From positions 32,240,001 through 32,304,000 of the forward strand of contig NC_042999.1 in NCBI RefSeq assembly GCF_006345805.1: a DNA stretch of 64,000 nucleotides, read 5' to 3'. Positions 12,681-27,974 of this stretch are shown piece after piece. Numbering within the stretch: the stretch's first letter is position 1; the number at the start of each line of letters is the position of its first letter. The translations under genes were made by a program, and so were the position numbers. Source of the DNA: Octopus sinensis. Lineage: Eukaryota. The notes under the pieces are model-generated. The model worked only from the letters and a program-made list of their open reading frames with translations. It was not told the DNA's origin and ran no database searches.

Positions 12681-13458
12681 TGCCTACCAAAATAATTTCA
12701 TAGATTGTATTTTCGACATCTGGGCAAAATGACAACTAAGTAGAAAATTTTGAGTCAAACAGCTAAACCAAATTTATTGCAGTTGATAAAAAAAAAGTGT
12801 CCACCTTGACCTGTCATCAATCTTAACATCCGAAAGAAAGCTTCCCTTTTTTCTTTCTTGCTTTCTTTTTGTCATCCTTTCTTCCTTTCTTTGTTTCATT
12901 CTTTCTTTCTCTTTCACTTTCACTCTTTCCCTCCTATTTCTTTTTCCTTGCTTCAAAACTCACAGCATATATACTTACGAACTCATCACTCATACATAGA
13001 CGACTATATATGTATGTGTGTATGTACGTGTATGTGTCTGTGAGTGTCTGTGTGTGTAGAATGTTGAAAAGTGAGACACTTTTGATATGTATACGGAAAA
13101 TAAGACAGGGTAGAAAATGCTATAATATTTATTATCATTAAATACATTTTGTTATGGATAGTACCGGTTTTTGACATTTCGACTTTTTCAACTAAGAGTA
13201 AAACAAAGGTGAATATTAATTAAGAAGAAAAGGAATTAAGTTCAGGAAAAACAATTAATGAAATGTTTTGTAAATATTTACATAGTTTTCAAATAGGTAA
13301 GACATGTTCCTCTTTTCTGAATTTTTTCCTTTGTGAAGTCTCGTGAAATACGTCGGTAGTATGAGATCTGAAAATCGTGTTTTTGTGTGCAGAAATGAAT
13401 TTGTTTCTGACGTTTGATGGTTTAAGCAGTAGGAACAGCCGAAGTAAGAGAAGGCGAT

Positions 13459-13560
13459 GAAGAAGAAGAAGAAGAAGAAGAAGAAGAAGAAGAAGAAGAA
13501 GAAGAAGAGAAGAAGAAGAAAGAAGAAGAAGAAGAAGAAGAAGAAGAAGAAGAAGAAGAA
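13459..13560. repeat. (GAA)n microsatellite
   Basis: direct reading. Confidence 0.95.
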
Positions 13561-13924
13561 GGAGAAGGAGACGGGAATGGTATAACCCAGTAGTAGAGGC
13601 TATCCGTGGAATCTACTTTAAAGAACAAGCAACCTCAAAGTGACCTGTTGAAGTTGTATCAGCAGTATTAGTAGAAACTGTTCTGGATAGATTCGTGAAT
13701 AACCACTGTTACTAAAAATATCTATCGATTTTAATATTTCCGTGATTATTATTCTAAAACCCATGTTGTTGTGTAATCTGCGATGGAAGCATTCAAAAAG
13801 GGGTATTTTTTCGATCGAATATGATTCTTTGCTAATGCGCTGATCATAGATTGCATAGTCCCTATATTTTTGTACAGTAATATTAGCCGGGAAACGGAGA
13901 GCGACGCTTTCCTCTTCTAGTTAG

Positions 13925-14057
13925 GGGTGCGGTCCCCTTTTATCCCCTTCTCAATTATACCGGGTAAAGGGAAAGGGTATTGAAAAACTTCTGTCCTACA
14001 CTCTCTCCTCTTCTTACCATACTCTCCCCTACATTCTCTCCTCTTCTGACCATACTC
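13925..14057. repeat. second copy of the 33-bp-minisatellite dispersed repeat (2 units)
   Basis: gggtgcggtccccttttat.cccttctcaattataccgggtaaagggaaagggtattgaaaaac nearly identical to 9811-9874. Confidence 0.85.
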
Positions 14058-15092
14058 TATAACCCACCTATTCCTCACCTGTCATGGTATTCTTTCGTTA
14101 CCTGGAGAGCAGAAGCTGAAATGAAGGAGAAAGTGAAAGACAGGAGAAAGTGAAAGAGACGTAGGGTGAATGAGTAAGTGAGTGAGTGACCGAAGGCGTG
14201 TTGTTATGTATGTGTAAGTGTCACGGACCCCCTCTCTCTCTCTCTCGCTCTCTCTCCTTTTCACACGCAAACGGGCTCATACATACAAAACAAGAAGTAG
14301 GAACCTGCATGTATGTATGTACTTAGATATGGAAGATGTATGCGTGTGTGTGAGAGCGGCAGTGAGTGCCATTTACACATACACACAAAAGAATAAATAC
14401 ATGACAACACACATCTTCACTCATTCACTCTCTCTCTCTTGCACACACACACACACACATATGAAAAACATGGATGTATATGTATTTATGTATGCACATG
14501 TATATGAAAGATAGTGTATTTGTGTGAGAAAGAGAGCGTGAGTGTCACTTATATATACATGAGAATGCACACCTTCACTCACTGTCTCACTCACACGACC
14601 CCTATATTCTGCATTACTATTCCTCGCGCTTTCCATTCCGTTGTTGCTTTTATTCAACTTATAAATCAAATATGCTGATTATGCCCCTTTGTGACTTCCA
14701 TTGTAGCTTTGAAAAACATGACTGTTAAAATCGAACTCCACTCTTCAAAATTTATACGTTGATGCAGGTAGTTTAACCCGTTCATGTAATAGAAAAAAAA
14801 CCCGCATCACTTATATTATGACACAGATATATAGATAGATGAGAAACACTTCTCTGTATTGAAAGTGGAAGCTATTTTCACTTTCTTATGAAACCTGGTT
14901 GTTGTAGAGCAGTGTCTTTCAAATAACTAAAGCTGGTTATTGAGATAACGTAGAAAATATGTAAATGAAATGAAAGTCTTTTTGGCTGCCAAAAGATTAC
15001 TGAATCTTTTGGTACCTCATACGTCACAATCCGCAACTCATTTTTCGAATATATATGGAACATACGCACATACACACATACACACTCTCTTC

Positions 15093-15162
<70 letters not shown>

Positions 15163-15556
15163 ACACATAGGGGCAAGTAGTTAAATGTTTCCGTATAAGA
15201 TTAGACGTATTATATTTACACATGATGGAGGGAAATCCACAATATGATTAGAAGTAATGTAATATTTCCAGGAAATTGAATAACAATTAATAACGATATT
15301 TTCTGTATAGCAAATCTATTTAACTTTCAGGACTCAGCCTTCTGAATGTTTTACAATGCCCACATATTCCTTTCACACGGCATCCTAAAGAGTTATGCGA
15401 AAATCACCGATTGTTTCGACCTCGTCGAGTTTGGCGGTTTTACTGAGCAACGGGCACGGCATTTCGCTCTTCCAGTTGAATAACAGAAAACAAGGGTATT
15501 GCATGTAAAGCAAACAAAGCAACGTGTACACATATAATTAAATACGTAATGTCGTA

Positions 15557-16170
15557 ATCGTGGCTGTGTGGTTAGAAGCTGTCTTCCCAACTATATAGTT
15601 CAGGATTCAGTTCCACTCCATTGCACTTCGCGCAACTACTTTTTACTATATCCTTTGGTCGACTAAAATTTTTAGAATGGATGTGGTATACGGAAACTAA
15701 AGGAAGCTCATCGAATATTTCAATTTTTTAGCGCCTAAATGTTATTTCTTTATTTTTTTGGTGGGGGGAAGAAGAAATCTTTACCTTTGTAACTCATTCT
15801 AGTTGTCAAGCGGTGATGTATATATACAACGGGCTTCTTTCAGTTTCCGTCTACAAAATCCACTCAAAAACGTTTGGTCGGCCCGAGGCTATAATAGAAG
15901 CCTTTCAAAGTGACACGGGGGGGCACTAAACCTGGAAAGATGTGGATGGGAAGATATTTGTGTCTCTTTGCCTGTGTTTGTCCTCCACCACAATCACCAC
16001 CGCTTGACAACCGGTGCTGGTGTGTTTACGACCCCGTAATATAGCGTTTCGGCAGAAGAGATTGATAGAATTAGTATCACGCTTAAAAAGAAAAAGAAAT
16101 GTATTTGGGTTGATTCGTTGGAATAAAATTATTCAAGGTGTTGCTCCAGCAAGACCGCCTTCCAATGGCT
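15557..16170. mobile_element. nested degenerate family-B SINEs (a + copy interrupted by a - head fragment at ~15823-15950)
   Basis: gtggctgtgtggttagaag head; inverted gggcttctttcagtttccgtctac..aatccactc; tail cgcttgacaaccggtgctggtgtgtttacg. Confidence 0.6.
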
Positions 16171-17081
16171 GGAACAAATAAAAAAAAGGATACTTCATAT
16201 AATATAAGCATACATGAATACAGGTTCCGCTGCACATGCATATGAATGTCTGCGTGTGGTGTGTGTGTATGTGTAAGTATATAAACCACGGGATTCGTAC
16301 ATACACAGAACTCCATACACAGCTGAGACACAAATGCACGCGCACATGTAATAAACAGCATTTCATAAAACAATATATCATAATGTATAATTAGGTATCA
16401 TTAAATTTTATATTCTATCATTTTTAAATTCGTACATTTGGCTCCACTATAGTACCAAAGAGTTTTAATATATAGAGGTGAGTTTGCTGCTGCTTGAAGG
16501 ATAAGTTTATAATGGTATAAGGTTACAAATCTAAGTCTGTACAGTGAGGCATTTATGTGTAAATTCATGGTTTTGAAATAGTAAGTTGAAGAGTGTTAGG
16601 TCAGGGACTGAAGTGGCAGGTTAAGATTTCTGAACTGTTGAATGCCCCGCAGAAATTGATACACAGATACATCTGTGGAATCTAATAGATATATACGTAG
16701 AGTTGAGTGTATTGCGAACAAAGGAAGAATGAGGTAGCCAGGTTACAAGTTAAGGAGTGGTTAAATGAACTTTGGTTCCAGGCAACTCATAAATATTTAC
16801 GTGCTTAGGCCTTCAAATACTAGATACAGCAAAAGGGTTTAAAATTCAATAATGTTATAGCTTATACAAACACGCGCAGAATACACGCAAGCTTACGTAG
16901 CAGATATAAATGAATATGTGTGTGTGTGCTTATATGTGCAGGTAGTTTTAAGATATGATAGATGTAAATATGTTCAGTATTTTCTGATTCACCCGCATCA
17001 TACAGATAGAAGATTAAATTTAACGTACAAATATATTCACCTTATATTCTACAGAGCTAATATCATTTCATATTGCGAATG

Positions 17082-17275
<194 letters not shown>

Positions 17276-20200
17276 CGTAAATACACATATGTATGCATAC
17301 ATAGAAAAGCGTAACAAATACATGCATATTAAATAATGAAAGTTTGGTTGTTATTGCAATAGATAAAAAGAGTTTTCAATATAGAGGGCGCGAAAGAAGT
17401 TATGGGGAATCGGTTAATATGTGTGTGATCAGGAAATCTTTTGATGATGCCATATCACGTTCTTAGTCAACGATTCTTCCCACCGAGTAAATAGACGAAT
17501 AGGTGCATAACAATATATACGCACACAACACAAGCACTTAATGCACTTATATATACATATTTAAAACACACACACACACATGCACACACACTCTCACACA
17601 CAGGCACACATACATATACGTACATATGTATGTGCATATATATACACTGCCATACATTGTCTGAGAACAGCCATTTCTCTCCAATTGTATTTACATAAGT
17701 AAGTATTATATTCGCCCGTTGCATTCAATGGCATTTATGTGTTAAATTAGGCTTTTTATTATTCAGATTGAAATAGGATACGTTACAATGTAAAATGATT
17801 CTAGGCCGTTAATTCTAATAATAACAATGAGAGTAATACTGTGAAATACCTTTTGTGAATGATATTGTACTTAAAATGCCAGAACTGTATTTCGTAGAAA
17901 TGAATTTGTTAGCGCTCATATCCGAAAATATTTTCAAAATGTATCTGGATACAATAGTTATTTTTCTTGCTGTTTTTCTTTATTTTAGTACGTTTTGTGT
18001 TTATTTTCTCTCCACTGAGGTCTGAAACAGAAATCAGTAAATCAGTTTTGAAAGCGCATACAATTCATTACAAATCTCTCTATTTATTACGTTCATAATA
18101 TCTCAGCATTGTATTCATTTCAGACAGGAAGAAGGCAAATAGCGAGTCAGTGGCGTATATTTAACTCATCCTGTTCATTCTGTTTGTTATGATCGAATAT
18201 CTCCTGCGTTCTTATAATTCAATCTGATGTATTAGTCTCTGTGTGTTCAATATAGCAAGAATCGATATGTGAGCAATACTGTGCACACAGTAATGCTAAT
18301 ATTAATGTTTCTGAAATCAATATTTCTTTTGTTGTTTATTTTTCTCTGTTTTCCTTCTTATTTTTTAATAAATTTTGTATTTGTTTTATTGTTTTATTGT
18401 TTCATTTGTTTCCGCCATTTTTTTCCTGTTCACTATTGAGTTTATCCAGAGTTGGTGCAAATATATAATCGGTTTCTCCTGTCGAATTCATTTAGATTAC
18501 CGGATATACACATAGAGTCGGTAAAGTGACTACGTGACACGATGTATTTAGCTCACTGGTAACACGTTCAGCTTTTGCCAATGTTTTCCGGGACGTAAAA
18601 GTGGTTTATAGATGCAATATGCTTGATAGAATCGGCCTCTCCCTCAGAGCTTGGTATCAATGCTTGAAATATTTTGTCAGTTGCACATTTGTATGACAGT
18701 ACAGAGATTGTGAAAACTTGGTCATGTATAGAGTATTGTATTCATGCCTTCTGCACATATATGAAATAAAGCTGGCTAACAAAAATGCTTTTTAGAAGCT
18801 TATAGTAAAACACCTTTCCTTATTATTGCAGCATATGACATGGGAGTCTCTATAATTGCAGTAAAAATTGGGAGTGAGTTAAATCATGGACAACGTAGAT
18901 TATCTCTTTGGTTTGTATTCCGTGAAATACAAAATATAAAAAAAGGAAGATTATATTGCTTGTTGCTGACTTTTTTAGGCTCTAACCGCTCTGAGCAAAG
19001 AGAACTACGATACATACCTTTATTATTACCTTCTAATTGATTGGGGGCATCAATAGAGTACTTAACATGTAATGCAAATCCTCGGATTATGATTTGAGAA
19101 ATCCTGAGAAAAAATTTCTGAAACAACCGATCAAATGCTGACTCCGTTGTTACTTTGAATGCCGCCTTAAATTTAAATTCAGTTTCACAAAGTGTTTCTC
19201 TTTAGTAAATGATCAAATTATGCACAAAAAGTTTATGATCATTTCATTATTTTCAAGCGCCAGTTAGAATTTCATGCTCCTCTACAGAAATCGTTTCGTA
19301 TTACCAAATTATGTACATGTACTCTCGCAGTAAATATGGATTTATACAGAACTGTAATAACAGTAATAAACATATTACTGAACATCGTGCCCTCTGACTA
19401 AAATATATACGATATCGATGATATAACTTTTTTTAAAATATAGTTTCAAATAGTATCAAAATAAAATGGATGCACGCAATATAAAACGCAATTTAAAGCG
19501 TAATATAAAGCACGATTTATATTTTCTAGAATATTCTAGTCCCTGTTTCTAACAAAACGAAATGTACTTCCCTGTAAACTGACAACGTCCATACTTATTT
19601 CTTAAAGCCCACAAGTTAGAAGGAAAGGTGAATTGGTTAAAAGGAATTCTGTTGGACATTCCTACATATCTGATCAACTTTTAAAATAAGAAATATAAGC
19701 ATCTGAACTTCGAAAATAAATGGTTTTACGTAAATTAATTAGTTATATGTTAACCAAGGTTAAACTTTACCTCACATTTGTTAAATCTCAGAGCGAGATG
19801 TAAACAGTAACCGCTCGACAATGTAAGGTATAAAAGCCAAACGCTCAATCTAGTGTTTCCCACTGTACACCTAAATTATATTTCTAAAAAGATTTTATTT
19901 TTCTTGCCATTTTATTAGGTCATTAATTCTATTTTACCTGGCGTACTATGTTCCTTATTCCACGGCTGATTAATTATATTCTAACTGACGTTCTGCTATT
20001 TTGCTACTTTGTTGTGCAAACATTTAATTGCAGTCTGATTCTTACGCTACTGATATTCTACAATTCATATATAATAATTAAAATTTTAAAATTCCACTTT
20101 TCCTTTTTCTCCTTAATCAAAAGCATGTTATAAATCAGGACGATGCATTCTTGCTCATTCTCAGATTAAGTAGTAGTATGAAGTTGGTTTATCCTTTCAA

Positions 20201-22214
20201 CAGATTCCGTTGTTCGGCTAATACTGCATAGCTTGAGAAAATATGTCCCTAATTGCATTTTAGTAACACTTTGAAACGGTCAAGAAAATTTAATTAATCA
20301 CTCGTAATTTTTTTATTATTTTTGATTCAGTATAAGAGGTCCATCTAAAAGAAATTACGCGATGAACATATATGAAAACGTTAACTATAGAATACATCGC
20401 ATATCGGAGCATAAAACATTGATCTATTAATACCATTTTTGAAAACTGGTTTTCAATTATTTAAAGATTCATAGAGGTCTGTAAAGACTCAGTTAGTGAG
20501 AGCAAAATTACATTCCCGAGATATACCAAACATTACAGACCCTTCCTAATCACAATCAGTTCATGTCTTGCTAGCAACAATCGTTAATGGATGGACATAG
20601 ACATGTTTAAACCAATGGTAGGGGAAATATTTTGTCTTTGGTTCCACATCTATATTTTTAAACCTTTATGGATAATTTACCTCCTTACTTCTTCCAGAAC
20701 CAGCGGTAGCAACCCAGTTTATGGTTTTGTCTGTTACATAATAATCTCTAATACTAAACAAAGACACGTAACCTATCTACTCAATTGTTTGAACCATTGT
20801 GTATTCCAGGACACAGTTTTACTCTGAAGTTTATTATTTGAGTTCATTGTATTAGCTAAGTGTATAGGACGTATCATTTAGTTTATCAACTAACTTCTCT
20901 TCTCTCTTCTCGTTGTCTTTGTGAATACAGTAAATGGATACCAGTGTTAGTAAACCTGTGACAGTAAGGTGTGTATGGTTTATCGTGTTGCTGGAAATAA
21001 TGACTTTAAATGAACCTCGACTACAGTACTTATTTTATATTAAACCAGAGAAAGAAAAAAGAGCATTATTTAATTTAGTGTAAGATGAAATTAAAATGTG
21101 GATTTAAGTTTCAAACACAATCATTGGTAGCAAACAATTGTAAATAAACTTATAATGTAGTTTCTCAGATGTATAAATGGCCTTGCATACAAATCGAGAG
21201 GGAATAATATAGACTGTACTCTTATGCTCATACAGATAACATAGCATACAACTATATTATGCCATGGCTGGCATGATTGGACAAACGATCACTTAAAATA
21301 CGTTATACTACTTCAGTGTAATCTTACACATCTTACTACACATCTGATAATATTTTATTGAACTACTATTCTAATGCCTTTAGACATTTTACATATGGTT
21401 CATATTTTTCCGTTATCAGATTCATGCAGTTTGTACCGGGTATTCAAATCCAGCGTAGCTTAATCAGTTTATTATATCAGAAAGACACATTTCCAATTAG
21501 GAGCCATTATAGAAATTTCCATTCTTTCAAATTTCTGTATATCGTATTTGTCATATCTGGTAATTTAGGTCAGATATAAAGTTCTTTTATATTATATTCA
21601 AGGAAAATATAATATAGGTTATTCGGATGTGTATTAATGTTGCCAAAACAACTATACATTGTTATTATTGAATAGTGAACTCCATAATCTTTTTAATGAT
21701 ATTCAGTATTTGATCTTAAGGCGATTTGATATTGTTTGGGTATATATGTTCTCATTAAAGCAAGTCTGAGAAAGCAAGTTTTGGAACTAAAATACATGGT
21801 GCAAATTTAAGGAAAATTGATCGTTTGTCACCAACATATGAAGTTGCACTCTTAATTTTAGCAAATAAAAGAATAGTAGGCGTTTTCAAAAGTAAATGAT
21901 TATAGTCATTTTAAGAACATCTCATTTACTGTTTCCATGTTACCAAAGGTTGATCATTAACGTTGTGTCAATAGAATATTAACGGTTAACAAGACCTAAA
22001 ATGCATTAAGTGTTTTTGAAAATTATAAATGATTGGCAAACTAATTCGCATTAAAAGTAGCGCAATTTCTGCCAATTTCCTGTTCTATTGAATGCTTCAT
22101 TGATCTCCTCTCCTTGACCTGGTAACTTTTCTCGTTCACATTGTTTTCCTTCCACACAACGACACGCACTGATACACATGCATATGTATAATCAAAAATA
22201 CCCACAGGCACATG

Positions 22215-22311
22215 CATATACTTATATATATATATATACACACACACACATGCACATATATATATATATATGTATATACATACATATGTGTATACATACA
22301 TATGTGTATAC

Positions 22312-22364
<53 letters not shown>

Positions 22365-22482
22365 ATATACATAAATGTATGTATACACACACACATATAT
22401 ATATATATATGTATCTATATCTATCTATCTATCTATCTATCTCTCTATGTATCTCTATCTCTCTCTCTCTCTCTCTCTCCAC

Positions 22483-22535
<53 letters not shown>
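22215..22535. repeat. compound (TA)n/(CA)n/(TATC)n/(CT)n microsatellite
   Basis: direct reading. Confidence 0.9.
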
Positions 22536-22537
<2 letters not shown>

Positions 22538-22974
22538 TATGTAAGTTTCCTTGCATGTGTGAGGTTGATTAGTTTAATCTCAGGTTTTCGGTAATTGAAA
22601 TGTTTATGATCAAATGCATACCAGGAGCGTACATCCTATATTTTCCCAATGTTCCGAGAGCCCAAGATCACACTATGCTATAAATCATTTCCTAATCTGC
22701 CACCATGTGCATGAAGAGATAATACAGATGCATCGTCTCTTTCCGTAGCAAGTGTAGCATTGGACTACTAATATTCCCCAGGCGAGTCCTTTAGATGTTA
22801 TACTGATGTTTTATATTACTGATTTCGAACTTCAAATATAGATAATCATTATACTTAAAATAAATTTTCCATTTAATCTCCCTAAATGGTAATTAATTTT
22901 ATCATTCTGCCGCGAAACATGACTGCACGCCTTCATCCACACACACACACACAGACGAATACATACATATGTGT

Positions 22975-22991
22975 ATATATACATATGTATA

Positions 22992-23048
<57 letters not shown>

Positions 23049-23089
23049 TATATATATATCTATATATATATATATATGTATATAAATAT

Positions 23090-23169
<80 letters not shown>

Positions 23170-23170
23170 T
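22975..23170. repeat. long interrupted (TA)n
   Basis: direct reading. Confidence 0.95.
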
Positions 23171-23606
23171 CACGCGCACACTATTTAGCACATGTAAATT
23201 TTTTGTCAATCAGCCAACGATTGGCGGATGCAGAATGTAAGAATGAACTCTTCATGCAGATCTGAAGGGTTAACGCTATAATATTTACAATTAAAAAATA
23301 TTACGTAACTTTAGAATATCACCTAACTTTAAAAACATGTTAGAGGAACTCTTGTACTCGTCGTTAAATAATCGAGGAACTCATTCTTTGTCTCCTTGTT
23401 TGGATAGTTTATATACGTGTGTGTGAGTGTGTTTTTAAACCAAATAACTTAAGAGATTGGATTAAATAACTTGTAAGAAGTAATATAATATGACACCAAC
23501 GCTAGCCTTAATATACAAATAGAGAATCTTTAATCCACCATTGTAGTATTCAGCGCTCATCCTCATCGTTACACATTTGCGCATATATATATATATATAT
23601 ATATAT

Positions 23607-23706
23607 AAAATGGAGTGCTCAGCCACTTGCACGTTAATTTCACGCGCAAGCTGTTGCGTTGATCGTATCAGTTGGGACCCTCGTCGTCGTAACCGACGGA
23701 ATGCTC
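23607..23706 (+). mobile_element. short GC-rich retroposon 3' fragment between (TA)n tracts
   Basis: gccacttgcacgttaatttcacg...gggaccctcgtcgtcgtaaccgacgg is GC-rich and bounded by microsatellite; family is a guess. Confidence 0.35.
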
Positions 23707-23720
23707 CTATATATACATAC

Positions 23721-23754
<34 letters not shown>

Positions 23755-23762
23755 TATATATA

Positions 23763-23898
23763 GGAGTGGCTGTGTGGTAAGTAGCTTGTTTACCAACCAC
23801 ATGGTTCCGGGTTCAGTCTCACTGCGTGGCACCTTGGACAAGTGTCTTCTACTATAGCCTCGGGCCAACCAAAGCCTTGTGAAAAGAAGCCCGTCGTA

Positions 23899-23946
<48 letters not shown>

Positions 23947-24175
23947 TCTGTGTGTTTGTGTGTCTGTCTTTGTCCCCCTAGCATTGCTTGACAACCAATG
24001 CTGGTGTGTTTATGTCCCCGTTACTTAGCGGTTCGGGCAAATGAGACCGATAGAATAAGTACTGGGCTTACAGAAGAATAAGTCCCGGGGTCGAGTTGCT
24101 CGATTAAAGGCGGTGCTCCAGCATGGCCGCAGTCAAATGACTGAAACAAGTAAAAGAGTAGAAGAGTAAAAGAGT
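23763..24175 (+). mobile_element. tRNA-derived SINE (family B, CORE-like) with internal (TA)n
   Basis: GGAGTGGCTGTGTGGTAAG..GGGTTCAGT head, CCTTGG.CAAGTG CORE-like motif, (GTAAAAGA)n tail; near-identical to 44250-44675. Confidence 0.9.
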
Positions 24176-24225
24176 AATATATATATATATAATATATATA
24201 TATACATACATATATATATATATAT

Positions 24226-24265
<40 letters not shown>

Positions 24266-24275
24266 CACGCATGCG

Positions 24276-24314
<39 letters not shown>

Positions 24315-26164
24315 AGTAAAATAGGAATACTGATGATTTTCTTTTACGAACAGCAACGTTCGTTTGCAATATTACATGCTTGCGGCTCCGAAAATAAATT
24401 AATCTAATACCAAATTTGAACTCGAAGTAAAATATCATCAAGAAAGTACTACCTTTCGTTTCTTTTTTCTAGCATTCGATTTACAGTGAAGCATCGAAAT
24501 TTTTTAGTTTGCGTCATATTTAATATTCCAGTGCTAAAAATTTAGTTTCAATTATTTAAAACTGTTTACCATTTTATTGTAGGGAGATCTATTAATAGGT
24601 GTTAAACTTTTCTTATCATTTTATTTTTTTCCGAATGACGATGGAAATTCGAATTAATATGGATGATTTGTGTACTACATTCGGTATGCCATATTTAACG
24701 TAATTTTCCGTAGTCGTGACACTGTTTTAATTCTGTTACTTCCGCTCATTCATTTTATTTTTAACAACGCAAATTATATTCACGAAAATGTATTGGCAAA
24801 TTATTTTCTGTTTGTAAAATTATACAAAACGATTTACTCTCTTCGTTGGGCTGTAGATTCTGTCCAAGATATCCATATTGACGTCTGCTGTTCTCATTTG
24901 CGTGGAAAACTTTCTGCACTGAATCTCCTTTCTATAAATCTGTAGATTCTAACGTTCTGGAAAAAAAGAATGAACCCATGTATTTGAGAGCCGATACGAA
25001 ATTTTGTTAGATTTTGATTGCTTTCTCCAAAGAAATGTGCGCTGTTGTTGGTAACGATATTAATCACATTCCCTTAAAACGAATTGTGTAAATTCATAAA
25101 TTTTTCATATTTCAATTATATCATTTAGCTCATTTCAAACACAAATACACCGGCCAGTGTTGTATCATATTTGTTACCAGAATGTTATTGAATTTAAATT
25201 AAATGATGGTGTATTTTTTGTAAGTGATAAGAGATATTTTGTGATGCGTATCCTCATTTAACTACTTCGATTGTACATGAAACACTCGCCGATCTTTTCA
25301 ATGAAATTAGGTAACATATTTAATTACATTTTGCATTGGAAAAAATGATAACATTCCATAGAGATTGTCGTATCGGACAATAAATACTTGTTTTTTATAC
25401 ATTCCATACATCAATAATAATAGCACAGCTGAAATCATTAATAAATATATTGTTAATAAATAATACTCGATTATCTAATTATATTACATCAGGCATAAAG
25501 TAGTAAGACGATAGGTATGTTGAATAACAGTTTGCACAATGATTTTATGAGTATATTATAGGCCTAAAAATGTGATATTCTTCATTGTTAAATGCTGTAT
25601 TGATTTCATAATACATGACAACCTTCAATTGCAATAATGAAAAGAGTGAAATTTATGAACTCTTAGATGTTTTAGCCTTAATTAGAACATCCAGTTAATC
25701 ATCTTGGATTTATCAATGCTTAAGATATATTCGTTTTCTATAAAACTTCGTTATGACGTGGCTTGAATTACGCATCATTCACTTGAATATTTTATACATA
25801 ATTACACTTAAAGTACCGTTTTGTGTCACAGATGAAGTTAGATGTATATGTAATTGGAAAAACCTAGGTGTCCTGGTTGTGTTGCTTTAATATAATAAAA
25901 ACATCATTCACCTTCATCATAGTTAATTGCCCAAAGTTTCATTAGAAAATAACTGTTGATGGGAATTTAAGACGCGTACAATTTGTCGGCACTGAACGCA
26001 TTATTCTATAAGGAAATTCTCAAATACACTTTTGTATGCAGGGAACTTAATATTCCTCAGAAAATTCTCGAGAAATCCTTTCAAAGTATATCAAGTATGT
26101 GAAGAGTTTTGTTGAATGTTGATATCCGAATGATGCACTATTTATTCTTTCTTTGAAAAAACTA

Positions 26165-26400
26165 TCGGAGAAGAATTTGAAGAATGTTTCCCGGTAGCCG
26201 TGCAATCGTTTACACTCCGCATCCTGCGCTTCTTCATCCGTAGCTAATCGACAATCAAATAAAGTTTGAATTACCTACTCTCATGTTTGCGCGATCTTAA
26301 AAAACAAATCCCATTGAATTGCAATTAGACTTTAACTCAATTAGAAATCTCCTTAAACAAAATTATCTCAAAATACGCAATGGAGTAGGCACTGCTTATT
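26165..26400 (-). mobile_element. mariner transposase C-terminal remnant
   Basis: ~85-bp core closely matches 28060-28130 (RLATDE.AQ..ECKRLH.Y.ETF). Confidence 0.6.
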
Positions 26401-27643
26401 TTTAAGACATATGGCAAATTTAGGGCCCAAGAACTTTTAGTATGTTAATCTTCGCTAAGCAAAAACATTTTGTGAATCCAGCTTCTATGCTCGTGCACAT
26501 GCCAATCTCTAGAAGGGTCAGGATATTTCGTTTCGCGTAGACGGTGCTGAATATATCTCCATATACATGATGTCGCGTAACCAGCTGAGCTACAGATGGA
26601 CAGATATCATCAGGCTCTGTATGTTTTTATAATGTGGTCATAGATTATCTTCTGTTAATGTCTCCCAGCGTTAATAGTGTTGATCTAATGTTTATGATAA
26701 CAGAGTCGTCCTCCGTTAATATTAAGGAGGTTTATGCATTATAAGTTAAATGAACTGTTGTATTTTTCATAATAGCATAGATATAGTTTATCCGTCACAT
26801 ATTTTAAAAAGCTTAACTAAAATTAACATGTTAACTAAAATTCCAATAGCTAACATTGGATAGAAATTCACAAGAAAACTTTTAAAGATGAAAATTTTTA
26901 TGTTCAATCCGTTATTATAAACACAGAGAAAACAAAGAAACAAAAAAATTACTGATAATGCATAATTCATATACATTATCAAAGCGATGACTTGCGGTAA
27001 AAATAGCACAGTAAAGGGCATTCTACATATGTTATTCGAACGACAAATTTAAGGGAAAGAATTGCATTTGGCAATCAAAAATACAAGATAAAATAAAAAT
27101 TCTGAGAAATTCATGAACACTGATACAAAATGTTTAGGATACCACATGTGTCAGGAAGCTCCTAATGGGAAATGTTGGGAGAAATAGATACGCGCCTTAA
27201 GAATTCCCACTAAGATAAATAGGTAACTACATATCACGACATCATGCAAATTTTGAATCAAAATCCTCTTGGGGCTGTATAAAAAGAAATGAGATCTTTT
27301 TATATTTATTCTATTTGTATTTCTTTTTGCTTTAGAAATGCTAAGGGGAAAACACGAATAAGAGTATAAAACTCAGATTAAAAATACATAGAAAGTGTAA
27401 TTTTAAGATGGTTAATACAAATTCATTCAACACTCAGTAACATCAGTGAGTAAACTGCTGAAGGGTTTGATATAAATATCATGAGAGAGGTGGTTAAAAT
27501 GTTGTTTACAAATAGGATAGTAATGATCGTGATGAAGACAATGATGATGATCATGATCATCATTTTAATCACCAGTTCATGCCCTTTGGGTGCAATGAAT
27601 TCATTTAATATATTTCACATAAGAGTGAGGATTATATATAAAT

Positions 27644-27749
<106 letters not shown>

Positions 27750-27974
27750 ATATATAACATTCCCGCACCGTTAATGCATGTAGGTATGTAGGTATGTATG
27801 TATGAATGCATGTAGATATGTATGTATGGAAGTATGCATATATGTATACGTATATATATATATATGTGCATATATGTGTGCGTATGTACGTATTCGTGTG
27901 TGTTCATTTGTGTAAGTGTATGTGTGTGCATGTGTGTGTGCGTGTACGTGTGTGTGTTTTAACCGAAACTTATA

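Noticed and set aside
13435-13595. Poly-Glu reading frame
   Set aside because: Explained by (GAA)n; no convincing splice context
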